Position numbers and translations under genes: made by a program. DNA of 55,173 nt from a virus (lineage: Duplodnaviria; Caudoviricetes). The stretch is taken from positions 1-55,173 of IMG/VR virus record IMGVR_UViG_3300006165_000006. The stretch is one strand, 5' to 3'. Under the pieces are notes generated by a model. That model did no database searches. It was not told the DNA's origin and saw only the letters and a list, made by a program, of their open reading frames with translations. Below are positions 40,469 to 49,350 of the stretch, in pieces (positions within the stretch are counted from its first letter, which is position 1; each line of letters starts with the position of its first letter).

Positions 40469-40915
40469 CTAATCGTAATATTCTACGATAACACCAGCTT
40501 CTTTAAACATTTGATTGGAACGTTCTGATGATTCATTCCATTTATCTCCCTTAGCACCTTTACCTTTTCTTAACACAATTTTAGATATACCACTATTAAT
40601 AATTGCTCTAGCACAGTCCGAACAACTCATACCACAAGTCATATACATTGTAGTTCCTAATGTGGATACACCGATTCTAGCAGCATTGTAAATTGAATTT
40701 CTTTCCGCATGTTCAAACCAAAAGTATTTCTCAGGTCTTTCTTGCCTTTCTATAACATCATCGTTTATACCTCGTGCAAATGAATTGTAGCCAGTAGAAA
40801 CAATCTCATTGTCTTTACCAACTACAACCACACCTATCTGAGTTCTCTTATCTTTTGATTTGAGTTTTACTTGTTCAGCTATATTAATGAAGTATTCATC
40901 CCAATTCATAATCAA
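40469..40915 (-). CDS. dCMP deaminase
   Basis: STGYN, HAERN, CSDC zinc motif. Confidence 0.9.
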   Translation of the reverse strand: MIMNWDEYFINIAEQVKLKSKDKRTQIGVVVVGKDNEIVSTGYNSFARGINDDVIERQERPEKYFWFEHAERNSIYNAARIGVSTLGTTMYMTCGMSCSDCARAIINSGISKIVLRKGKGAKGDKWNESSERSNQMFKEAGVIVEYYD

Positions 40916-41582
40916 ATATATTTCCGTTACCAGTTAATTTACCAAACTTACCATCAGTCACAACAGACCCATTTGAGAATATAGTATCCATTTCAAAAAT
41001 TGTTCGAGTACCTGTGTTTATTATATCCTTAGTATTATGTATATGACCAAACAATACTAATTTCGGCTTTACCTCAATTATTCTATTCATCAATGATTTA
41101 CATCCACAAAATTCTAATATATTACGAAAATCATAAGATAAATCTAATATACCTTTTGGTGGTCCATGTGTGATAATTATATCACTATCATCACCAATAG
41201 TATTTCTCCAAAATCTATCCAATTTGTTTCTAGCTTTCATAAAAGCCCATTGTCCGAACTGAGGAGTATGTGGTGAACCAAATATTTTAACTCCTTCAAT
41301 AGTAATATGGTCATTCTCTAAGTAGTGAATACAATTAGAATCAAAATCATCTTTAGTTACCAATCCCTTTTCAATTGAGGTATCGTGGTTACCTGCTACA
41401 AACACTTTATGTTTAATAGGTAACGAGCCAAACCAATCGATGAACCCTCTTACTTCAGGTTCATTGGTATATGGGTCTCTTGGGTTAGAACAGTCACCAC
41501 TAAAGATAACCATATCTATTCCCGTTGGAATTGTTAGTAAGTCGTGATAAGTATGTGTATCACTTATGTGCCATATTTTCAT
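40896..41582 (-). CDS. Calcineurin-like metallophosphoesterase
   Basis: SDTH, GD, GNHD, THGPP, GHIH. Confidence 0.9.
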   Translation of the reverse strand: MKIWHISDTHTYHDLLTIPTGIDMVIFSGDCSNPRDPYTNEPEVRGFIDWFGSLPIKHKVFVAGNHDTSIEKGLVTKDDFDSNCIHYLENDHITIEGVKIFGSPHTPQFGQWAFMKARNKLDRFWRNTIGDDSDIIITHGPPKGILDLSYDFRNILEFCGCKSLMNRIIEVKPKLVLFGHIHNTKDIINTGTRTIFEMDTIFSNGSVVTDGKFGKLTGNGNIFDYELG

Positions 41583-41606
41583 TTGATTTGTATTTTATTG
41601 TAAATA

Positions 41607-41972
41607 TTACTTAGCCCACTTACCTCTCTGAACTAATTGAGATATGATACCATATACGGATAAATCCTCATATGTATCTTGAATTGCTTCACCTACTTCA
41701 TCAGGTTGACCCAATACAACTAATTGTTTGATTCGTTGAATCTTATCATTCTTTCTGAAAAACAAACCAGACAATGCTAATTTGATATCTTCATCTGTTT
41801 GTAGTTGAGTACCTACTGATATGTTACCAGGTCCATAGTTTCTTTGCTTCTTACAAAAAGTTTGATACATTTCATCTAAGATTACTTTGAACTCTGAACA
41901 AGTCTCTGGATACATTCGTTCACAATAATCCATTGCGTTTTCTTCTTTTTGTGGTTTTTGTGGAGTATTCAT
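41607..41972 (-). CDS. Nucleotide modification associated domain 1 (DUF1599-like) protein
   Basis: KKQRNYG, RKNDKIQR, EAIQDTYEDLSVYGII. Confidence 0.7.
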   Translation of the reverse strand: MNTPQKPQKEENAMDYCERMYPETCSEFKVILDEMYQTFCKKQRNYGPGNISVGTQLQTDEDIKLALSGLFFRKNDKIQRIKQLVVLGQPDEVGEAIQDTYEDLSVYGIISQLVQRGKWAK

Positions 41973-41997
41973 ATAGTTCTATATTATTGTTTAAGAA

Positions 41998-42029
41998 CAA
42001 ATATACGAAATATATTTTACATTTCCAAG
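41998..42029 (-). promoter_or_regulatory. Bacteroidota sigma70-type promoter
   Basis: CTTG-N20-TATATTTG. Confidence 0.7.
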
Positions 42030-42320
42030 CAAAACAATCTTTATTTACAAAAAGTGAAAATAGTTGTATTTTTTTTATCGTTTGAGTAAATACATATATA
42101 TCTATATACACTACCACATAAAAAACTCTAAGGTGAAGCTATGAGTATAAACGCTTCTACACTTCAATAGTAAACGATTGTTGGACCAGATAAATTTTTC
42201 TATTTAAATTTTTTCAATTTCTCTGACACAGAGACACGGTGCAAGACAAGACAGCAATAAGACAATTAATAAAAAAACTTAAAAAATAAAAAAGTATAAA
42301 TAAAAATTAGACAATATAAA

Positions 42321-42557
42321 CTATATTACTTCATAGTTAAATTTATCTATTCTTTTTACTACTCTATAAACTCTTGCTGATGGGTCCTCATTATCCAATT
42401 CATCTCGTTTAGATTGAGCTTCTTCGGTAGTATCATATTCATCGAATGTATCTTCCCCATTAAGTTTATAAACCCATATTTGCCTTTTAGCCCAATTAGG
42501 GTCTCCAGCATTAGTATCAGCTGGGATTAGTTGTTTTTGTACAGCGTATTCTTTCAT
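42321..42557 (-). CDS. Hypothetical protein
   Basis: 78 aa; ATGA overlap with the PAP2 gene. Confidence 0.7.
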   Translation of the reverse strand: MKEYAVQKQLIPADTNAGDPNWAKRQIWVYKLNGEDTFDEYDTTEEAQSKRDELDNEDPSARVYRVVKRIDKFNYEVI

Positions 42558-43210
42558 AATAAATTATTTTCTTTTAAATGTTGGAACATATCATTTCCTA
42601 ATCTTTCACCAACTACGATATCAGATGGATAATGTACTTTAGCAATTACTCTACTTTTTCCTATATCTCTTCCTAACTTTTTTAAACGTATGGAATGATT
42701 AGGGTGTTTATTTGCCAAATAATTTGCAATCAACGTTCCTTGTGTAGCGTGACCTGATGGAAATGATGGTGAATCTTTTGTATCAATATGTAATTCATTC
42801 TCTTCCAAATCTAAACCATATAGTTCAGCAACCATTAATGGTCTTGGTCTATTGAAGTGATATTTTAAATCTAATATTACTCCACTTGCTTCCTCTAAGA
42901 TTTCTTCAATTTTAGTTTCATCAAACGGAATTTCTAATTCAGAACATAATTTTTCAAATGATTCTGTAATTCTATCCATACTATAAATAAACTCATCGTT
43001 AGGATTAGCTCCTACCATTTTAATAAGTTCTTGGAGTGTTCTTATAGATTCATTTGGGTATGGTGGTGTATCTTTATAGGAACTATATTTAAACTCCTTA
43101 AACAGTCCGTTTGAGATATCACTAATCTTTTCAGCATGTTTAGGTAAAACCTTTTCAGAGTTTTTAAGCTTCTTTAACTTTACCACATTTTTGAAATCAT
43201 ACACTACCAT
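42554..43210 (-). CDS. PAP2 / acid phosphatase / vanadium haloperoxidase superfamily protein
   Basis: KYHFNRPRP, SFPSGH, SRVIAKVHYPSD. Confidence 0.88.
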   Translation of the reverse strand: MVVYDFKNVVKLKKLKNSEKVLPKHAEKISDISNGLFKEFKYSSYKDTPPYPNESIRTLQELIKMVGANPNDEFIYSMDRITESFEKLCSELEIPFDETKIEEILEEASGVILDLKYHFNRPRPLMVAELYGLDLEENELHIDTKDSPSFPSGHATQGTLIANYLANKHPNHSIRLKKLGRDIGKSRVIAKVHYPSDIVVGERLGNDMFQHLKENNLL

Positions 43211-43233
43211 AGTATATAAATATAATAAAACTT

Positions 43234-43797
43234 TTATTTATCCTTATCCAATCTGATGTACATCTTTAATCCAACGTATGGTACTAAAATAGTTTCACCT
43301 GTTTCAAAGTTTTGTATGTTACTTCTAACACCTAATGATACTCCAAACATTTTATCACCTGGGGTTTTGTACATACCAGTAATATTGCTACCACCAAATA
43401 TATTAGTAGTATCATAATCATATCCAAATCCCAAATACCATTGAGCTTGTTGAGGTTTTATTATTTCAATCTCCCTAATCTTAACTTTTGGCTTCGTTCG
43501 TAATCGCATCTTCAACTTAACTATTGTTTGAGATAACTCAGCTATCTTATCAGTATTCTCAATCTCTACAATCTTTTCAACTTCTTTAATAACCTCAGTT
43601 ACAATTGGTATTCTGATAATCTTTTCTTTGATAACTTCAATTGGTATCTCTTTCTCAATTATCTTTTCTACTTCTACCTCTACAATCTTTTCTACTTCAA
43701 TAATTTTATCAACTATCTTAGCTGGTTCGTTCATTTGGATAATTGTCAATATTAACAACAAACATATTATCACCCATTTGTAATCTATTTTTTTCAT
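43234..43797 (-). CDS. Membrane-anchored protein with (V/I)EKI repeats and amphipathic C-terminal beta strands
   Basis: N-terminal hydrophobic helix; alternating EVEKII repeats; WYLGFGYDY...FGVSLGV...YVGLKMYIRL. Confidence 0.7.
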   Translation of the reverse strand: MKKIDYKWVIICLLLILTIIQMNEPAKIVDKIIEVEKIVEVEVEKIIEKEIPIEVIKEKIIRIPIVTEVIKEVEKIVEIENTDKIAELSQTIVKLKMRLRTKPKVKIREIEIIKPQQAQWYLGFGYDYDTTNIFGGSNITGMYKTPGDKMFGVSLGVRSNIQNFETGETILVPYVGLKMYIRLDKDK

Positions 43798-43811
43798 AGT
43801 ATTTATATTAT

Positions 43812-45335
43812 TTAAAATGGTAACTTAGAGCCAACCATAAAAGCATTTATTAGTGGAATATTAGGGTTGGTACTTTTTATACCAGTGTAACCAAAGTTTA
43901 TTGTAAACGTTTTTGTTATTCTATATGAGAATGAGTTAGCCAAAATAAACATAATATCATTAGTAGCAGAACTACTATCCACTTTTGTTGCATATGTTAT
44001 TGGTGTATGTGCTAAAATAAATGCTGGTGAATATGTTATCCTATCAGTAAGTTTAAATGAATTTGCGTAAAGAAAGTTATATCCAAATGATATCATAGGA
44101 TTTTCTATAAGTGTTCCGAAACTTGTAGAGTAGTTTAACCCCACACCTATTGTACCCTTCGTACCCATTGGTTTTAATCTCATAAAAGAAACAGCAACTG
44201 ATTGTGAACCATAGTTGTTTGAATAACTAACACCCATTGATTCTATCCAACTTACTTTATACTTATCATCCATATATAACTTTGTTCTTCCCAATGCTAA
44301 TGAAGCTTGATTTAAATTACTATACAACATTAAATTAGCTGAATATGATACATCACCAAATATAGATGATTGTGATGCTCCAATTGATATAGCCGTATCA
44401 TATCCACCCACTGGATTTTGAGTACCCATAGCATCTGCATTCAATTGAATTGGATTTAGCTTACGCTTTTTCTTCTTCTCTTCCTCTTCTTTTTTCTTTT
44501 CCTCTTCGGATTTTTCCTCTTTCTTCTCCTCCTTTTCTTCCTTCTTTTCTTCTTTCGCTTCTTCCTTCTTTTCTTCTTTCGTTTCTTCCTTTACTTCCTC
44601 TGTGGTTTCCTCTGATTCAGAACCACTCTCACTCTCACCCTCACTCTCACTCTCACCAGAACTCTCACTCTCAGATGAACCCTCAGATGAACCTTCAGTT
44701 GAACCTTCAGTTGAACCACTATCAGTTGAACCTTCAGTTGAACCACTATCAGTTGAACCACTGTCAGTTGAACCACTATCAGTTGAACCACTATCAGTTG
44801 AACCAGATGAGGTGGAACCAGATGAGGTGGAACCGCTATCAGTAGAACCAGATGAAGTAGATGAAGTAGATGAAGTAGATGAAGTAGATGAAGTAGATGA
44901 AGAACTTGCCGCTGCCGCTGCATCTGCCGCTGCCGCTGCCGCTGCTTCGGCTTCTGCCGCTGCTGCCGCTGCCGATGCTGCTGCTTGGGCCGCTGCTTCG
45001 GCTTCTGATGCGGCTTGGGCCGCTGCCGCTGCTGCCGCTGCTGCTTGTTGAGCTTGTTGTTGTTGATTTGTTTGTTGTGAGCATGGGGATAATGTACTCC
45101 ACCAAACATAGGTTTCATTTAACCAAGTTTGTAATTCCCCATTTACGAATTGTTGATATGTAAAGGTACGAACCTTATTATAGAATGCAACTGTAGCTGA
45201 CCCATTTACAAAGATAGCAGTTACTACACTAACTTCATTAGTACATCTATCAACAAATGTTTGTGTGAAAGTTGTTTGACTATATGATAGTTGTGTTACA
45301 AATACAAATAATAATATTGTAATTAGTTTTTTCAT
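43812..45335 (-). CDS. Putative outer-membrane beta-barrel protein with long low-complexity linker
   Basis: Sec signal MKKLITILLF...SYS-Q; Q, A, ST, SE and EK tracts; ~210 aa of amphipathic strands ending in F. Confidence 0.7.
   Translation of the reverse strand: MKKLITILLFVFVTQLSYSQTTFTQTFVDRCTNEVSVVTAIFVNGSATVAFYNKVRTFTYQQFVNGELQTWLNETYVWWSTLSPCSQQTNQQQQAQQAAAAAAAAAQAASEAEAAAQAAASAAAAAAEAEAAAAAAADAAAAASSSSTSSTSSTSSTSSTSSGSTDSGSTSSGSTSSGSTDSGSTDSGSTDSGSTDSGSTEGSTDSGSTEGSTEGSSEGSSESESSGESESEGESESGSESEETTEEVKEETKEEKKEEAKEEKKEEKEEKKEEKSEEEKKKEEEEKKKKRKLNPIQLNADAMGTQNPVGGYDTAISIGASQSSIFGDVSYSANLMLYSNLNQASLALGRTKLYMDDKYKVSWIESMGVSYSNNYGSQSVAVSFMRLKPMGTKGTIGVGLNYSTSFGTLIENPMISFGYNFLYANSFKLTDRITYSPAFILAHTPITYATKVDSSSATNDIMFILANSFSYRITKTFTINFGYTGIKSTNPNIPLINAFMVGSKLPF
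44470..45075 (-). repeat. Stacked low-complexity coding repeats (polyQ, polyA, SST, STDSG, STEG, SE, EEKK)
   Basis: 9-, 12- and 15-bp periodicities; local GC rise. Confidence 0.9.
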
Positions 45336-45338
45336 TCA

Positions 45339-46058
45339 TTAGTTTATGAATATTTTCTTACGAATCATTCTAGCTACAATCCTAGCGGATGCAGTTTCTA
45401 ATGCTTTACGAGTAGTCACACCAATAGCTGATTGTCTGAATTTAACTTCATCCATATCTAAACCTATTAATCCTTCTTGAGTTTTAACAGTATTAGCCTC
45501 ACCCAATCCACTACCCACAATATACCTACCAGTTTCAGCATCGGTAAATCTAACTTGTAATCCTAAACGGGTTGTTTGAGTTTGCTTAGAACCATCCGTT
45601 AAAGATAGTACCTCATCTTCGGATACTGAGAAATCATATATCTCAATAGTAACAAAGTATTCAGCAAGAGTAATCTTACCCATACCATATACTTTATTTT
45701 CGGATACACCTTTACGAGAGGCAACCCATTGTGATTTCATTCTATTCTTTATCTCAGATTTCTCTTCTACGAACTCAAAACGATTAGTCCAATCTAAGTA
45801 TTCAATTACCATATTGGTTACCCCTAATCCAATCCTAGCATCTCTTAGCTCTGGAAAGGTTTCATATAGTTCATCAGATATACCAACCTTCAATAAGGCT
45901 ACTGGAATCATTTCACCATCGTAATCAGATACATCTTCAATTGATTTTCTCTTCTCAAAATCAGCTACATACGTTTCAGCCTTAACCGAACCTATTGTTT
46001 GACCAAACGTAGTAAGTGTACACAATGTGCACACTATAATTAATATAAATTTATTCAT
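45339..46058 (-). CDS. CsgG/HfaB-like protein (probable start MNKFILII)
   Basis: Signal peptide; GVTNMVIEYLDWTNRFEFVE, AEYFVTIEIYDF, LQVRFTDAETGR, C-terminal helix. Confidence 0.7.
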   Translation of the reverse strand: MNKFILIIVCTLCTLTTFGQTIGSVKAETYVADFEKRKSIEDVSDYDGEMIPVALLKVGISDELYETFPELRDARIGLGVTNMVIEYLDWTNRFEFVEEKSEIKNRMKSQWVASRKGVSENKVYGMGKITLAEYFVTIEIYDFSVSEDEVLSLTDGSKQTQTTRLGLQVRFTDAETGRYIVGSGLGEANTVKTQEGLIGLDMDEVKFRQSAIGVTTRKALETASARIVARMIRKKIFIN

Positions 46059-46062
46059 ATGT

Positions 46063-46296
46063 TTAATGTGTATCTTTAATATCCTGTGGTAAATCCCAAC
46101 CATGTATTTTCATTTGCCAAACGTACCAACGACATCCACCAAAGAAAAAACCAAGCCATGCGAATCCAACCCAATAGTTTTCACTCATCAACATTCGAGT
46201 ATAATTGTTCTCAATTGTTATTGATAATATTGCTATTAAGGTTACAAACCCCCATACTTGTCCCCAAACTTTCCACCACTTTAAAAATGTTTTCAT
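46063..46296 (-). CDS. Small Trp-rich membrane protein with two TM segments
   Basis: 77 aa; two hydrophobic segments. Confidence 0.65.
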   Translation of the reverse strand: MKTFLKWWKVWGQVWGFVTLIAILSITIENNYTRMLMSENYWVGFAWLGFFFGGCRWYVWQMKIHGWDLPQDIKDTH

Positions 46297-46324
46297 AATC
46301 TTTATTTTAATTTTACTTAACTAA

Positions 46325-46639
46325 CTACCAATCGATAGCCTCTTCTTTTTCTTTTTTCTTTACTTTAGGTTTAACATATATTGTTTTTGTTACTACCTTT
46401 TCTTTTTGCTCTGGAATGTTCACTACGATAGTAGGGCCCGTTACGTTTACCGATTGATTGTTTTCTTGCTTAACATCAACCTGCTCAGTTTGAACTTCCT
46501 CATCATCACCAATACCCACAAATGATTTAACCTCATCTACGAACATAGTTCCAATGGTTGTAAGAACAACACCAGCTCCAGTTATAAGTTGATTCTTTAA
46601 ATTTGAAAAGAACCCACCTTCTTTTTTATCTTCACTCAT
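46325..46639 (-). CDS. Single-pass membrane protein
   Basis: LITGAGVVLTTIGTMF then a charged tail. Confidence 0.7.
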   Translation of the reverse strand: MSEDKKEGGFFSNLKNQLITGAGVVLTTIGTMFVDEVKSFVGIGDDEEVQTEQVDVKQENNQSVNVTGPTIVVNIPEQKEKVVTKTIYVKPKVKKKEKEEAIDW

Positions 46640-46652
46640 ATCTTAATTTATT

Positions 46653-47030
46653 TTAGTTTACTACAAATGATTCACTACCCAATACATTATGATATTCATC
46701 CGTTAATTGAATCATATACGCACTATTATCTAATGAAGCAACATACACTCTAAGAATGTTATCACCCTCTTCAGCAGTTATCATCTCTTGTGAAATTAAT
46801 TCATTATTAATCCCATGTCTTATCTTTATTCTATATTTACCACCTGATGATAATTTAACATTCATTGCAACTCTATCAGTTACGATAGTATTCTCCAACT
46901 TAATACCAATTGCAGAATTAATCACCAACGATTCAGGTACCTCATCAATTGGAAATGGTTCAATCATAATATCATCTGGTTGACATCCGATTAATATAAT
47001 CAAGCTAAGTAATAATAATATTTTTTTCAT
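46653..47030 (-). CDS. Lipoprotein with Ig-like fold reminiscent of a T9SS C-terminal domain
   Basis: Lipobox LIGC-QPDD; EGDNILRVYVASLDNSAYMIQL pattern. Confidence 0.6.
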   Translation of the reverse strand: MKKILLLLSLIILIGCQPDDIMIEPFPIDEVPESLVINSAIGIKLENTIVTDRVAMNVKLSSGGKYRIKIRHGINNELISQEMITAEEGDNILRVYVASLDNSAYMIQLTDEYHNVLGSESFVVN

Positions 47031-47043
47031 ATCTATTTTGTTT

Positions 47044-48678
47044 TTATTCTATTATAAATTTAATTTGTGAACCATCAGCTCTTACACCTTCTTTTACTCT
47101 AAATGAAATTAATCCTGATGTGTTCGATACTTCTTCAAGTGGTGTAAATATTAATTTGTAAGGAGTCCCTACATTTATAGTTGTTGTTAAGTTTTGGTCA
47201 AATGAACCAATTCTAACCTTACCATCCTCAATTATATTTGAAAAGTTAGTCATAGTATTCCCAGTATCAAATATAACATTATCCAATACCAATATTTGTG
47301 GGTCATATACAATATTAAATTGAGAACCAACCATATCAGTAATATCCGAATTTATTGAAAACACAACCTTACCATCAACTATCTCAGATATTAAATCAAT
47401 AACTGCCGTTTCATTACTCTTATAAACTGCGGTTTTTTGTGAAGTACTTCTTGCTGATGTTGATTCATTACCACTACCAACAGTTGGTGTCCATGAGTGA
47501 GAGAAGTTTACATCACCCCGTAACCCATGAGCTACATCAATTGTTTTTGATGATACATCCGAATCTATTGGTGTGAATGAATTTGAAAATACTAATTCCC
47601 CATTATTTAACCCACCATATGTAGATTCTATTCCACTGTAATCTTCAGTTTGATTAACCTTTGTAATTAAGTTTGTATTACCACTATCTACACCTTGTAA
47701 GAATGCAAGTATCTCATATGAATCTTGGAAGTCAACACCATTATTATCTCCAACAACATCACCCATTAAGTCTTGAATATGATAATCAAATGTGGTAACA
47801 CTTCCACCACCCGGTCCACCATCTGTACCACCAATAGCTTCGGTAAATACCAAAGATAAATCAGATACAGTTACAACCTCATCCAAATACTCAGCACCTT
47901 CAGTTAAGTTAGCCTTTACCCTATACGTTACGTTATTATCTAATATACCAGAAGAAATTATAGCTTGACCACTTTCATCAAATTGACCTGATGTTATTAC
48001 ATCTGAACCAATGTTAGCATATATAGTATAAAAATAATCAGTATAGTTATCAGTATTAGCAGTTTTAAGGTTAATAGTAAATGAACCAGCATCACCACCT
48101 TCAATACCATTCAAATCCTGTCCATCTTTATTCCTTATAGTTTGTATTTGTGTACCATCCGCTTCTTGATAGTTAACCCAATTCACTTTAATGATATCAT
48201 TGTAGTTATCATATCCACTATTGAACTTATCCTTTACTCTAAATGAATACTTAACAAACTCTTGTCCATTTTCTAATGCAGATGCAGATTGAACAGTAAT
48301 TCTCTCAATACTCCAATCAGCTGAAGTTGAATACGTATCTCCACCAGTTAACCACCATGCAAATTGCGCATCCATATCATCCTCTGATGCATTTGAATTT
48401 GGATTAAATTTATACCCACCCCAATTGTTTCTTGCATAAAAGACACCATCGGTAACTTGTGATTCAGCTGATATGAAGCTTAACAATTTGTTGTTATATT
48501 CAAAATCAACTTGAGCTAAATTCAAATCAGCTCCATCATTTTTAAAGTATTGAAACTTCATAATAAGAGTATCTCCTACTTGTGTTACTGTATTTACTGG
48601 ACTGTAATCAATTGTTGATTGTCCATACATACTCAATGTAAAGAGTGTTACGATTAATAATACTAAATTTTTTCTCAT
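47044..48678 (-). CDS. Exported protein with cohesin-like and dockerin-like segments
   Basis: Signal peptide; QVGDTL...QVDFEYNNKLL and GSQFNIVYDPQIL (cohesin-like); GDVVGDNNGVDFQDSYEIL and GDVN (dockerin-like). Confidence 0.6.
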   Translation of the reverse strand: MRKNLVLLIVTLFTLSMYGQSTIDYSPVNTVTQVGDTLIMKFQYFKNDGADLNLAQVDFEYNNKLLSFISAESQVTDGVFYARNNWGGYKFNPNSNASEDDMDAQFAWWLTGGDTYSTSADWSIERITVQSASALENGQEFVKYSFRVKDKFNSGYDNYNDIIKVNWVNYQEADGTQIQTIRNKDGQDLNGIEGGDAGSFTINLKTANTDNYTDYFYTIYANIGSDVITSGQFDESGQAIISSGILDNNVTYRVKANLTEGAEYLDEVVTVSDLSLVFTEAIGGTDGGPGGGSVTTFDYHIQDLMGDVVGDNNGVDFQDSYEILAFLQGVDSGNTNLITKVNQTEDYSGIESTYGGLNNGELVFSNSFTPIDSDVSSKTIDVAHGLRGDVNFSHSWTPTVGSGNESTSARSTSQKTAVYKSNETAVIDLISEIVDGKVVFSINSDITDMVGSQFNIVYDPQILVLDNVIFDTGNTMTNFSNIIEDGKVRIGSFDQNLTTTINVGTPYKLIFTPLEEVSNTSGLISFRVKEGVRADGSQIKFIIE

Positions 48679-49163
48679 CTAAATAATTTGTTAATAACAG
48701 CTACACATACTTTCTTTAATGCGATAGAAGCTGTTTGTTGGTTAAATGTCCCATCATCGGCAATAACTAATGTTGAGGTAGATATGGTTTTAGATTGCCC
48801 TTTTTGGACTGTACTCTTTACCACCTTACCATCAATCAGTAATTCACCTACTGCTATGATTTGGGTTAATGTAACATCTTTATGGTAGATACCAATATTC
48901 TTTCCAATGTTTTTTACATCGAAGAAAACAAGTCTTAGTGTTATTGTTTCTGGAGCATCATCATCTAAGTAATAGTCCATATCCATAAGGATATCTTCTA
49001 ATATGGTTTGAACTCCATAAGCAAGATTCCGATTACCAGCAAACTTCCCCATTCGGATTTCGTTGGTAATTTCACCTATCTTAATTAATTTGTCTTGGGC
49101 TTGTGTTGATTGTAACCCAATGAGTAAGCACAATAGAGTACCCAAAATTTTTGACATATGCAT
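48675..49163 (-). CDS. Exported protein, possible short CsgG-like paralogue
   Basis: Signal peptide; LAYGVQTILEDIL and FNQQTASIALKK echo segments of 45339..46058. Confidence 0.5.
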   Translation of the reverse strand: MHMSKILGTLLCLLIGLQSTQAQDKLIKIGEITNEIRMGKFAGNRNLAYGVQTILEDILMDMDYYLDDDAPETITLRLVFFDVKNIGKNIGIYHKDVTLTQIIAVGELLIDGKVVKSTVQKGQSKTISTSTLVIADDGTFNQQTASIALKKVCVAVINKLFR

Positions 49164-49169
49164 AATAAA

Positions 49170-49350
49170 AGTAGCCTTTTAATTATAGTTAAAGGAACAT
49201 TTTATATAACTTAATAAATTTGTATAAATTGCTTATTGCTAAGCTTGGTAAAACGTATAGGGAATACTTTTGTATAACGCTTTGTAGAAAGCTTTGAGAT
49301 AACGATGTTGTTAATCGGATTAAAGGTACACACTTTAACGATTAAACGAA
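49170..49350 (-). ncRNA. Candidate structured 5' leader RNA
   Basis: At least five hairpins including a GCAA tetraloop, between the ATATTTAT motif (49361) and the operon's first ATG. Confidence 0.45.

Noticed and set aside
44450-45163. Five overlapping alternate-frame ORFs
   Set aside because: Produced by stop-free low-complexity repeats inside 43812..45335
43234-49163. Canonical curli (csgBAC/csgDEFG) operon
   Set aside because: No curlin repeat proteins and no recognisable CsgE or CsgF
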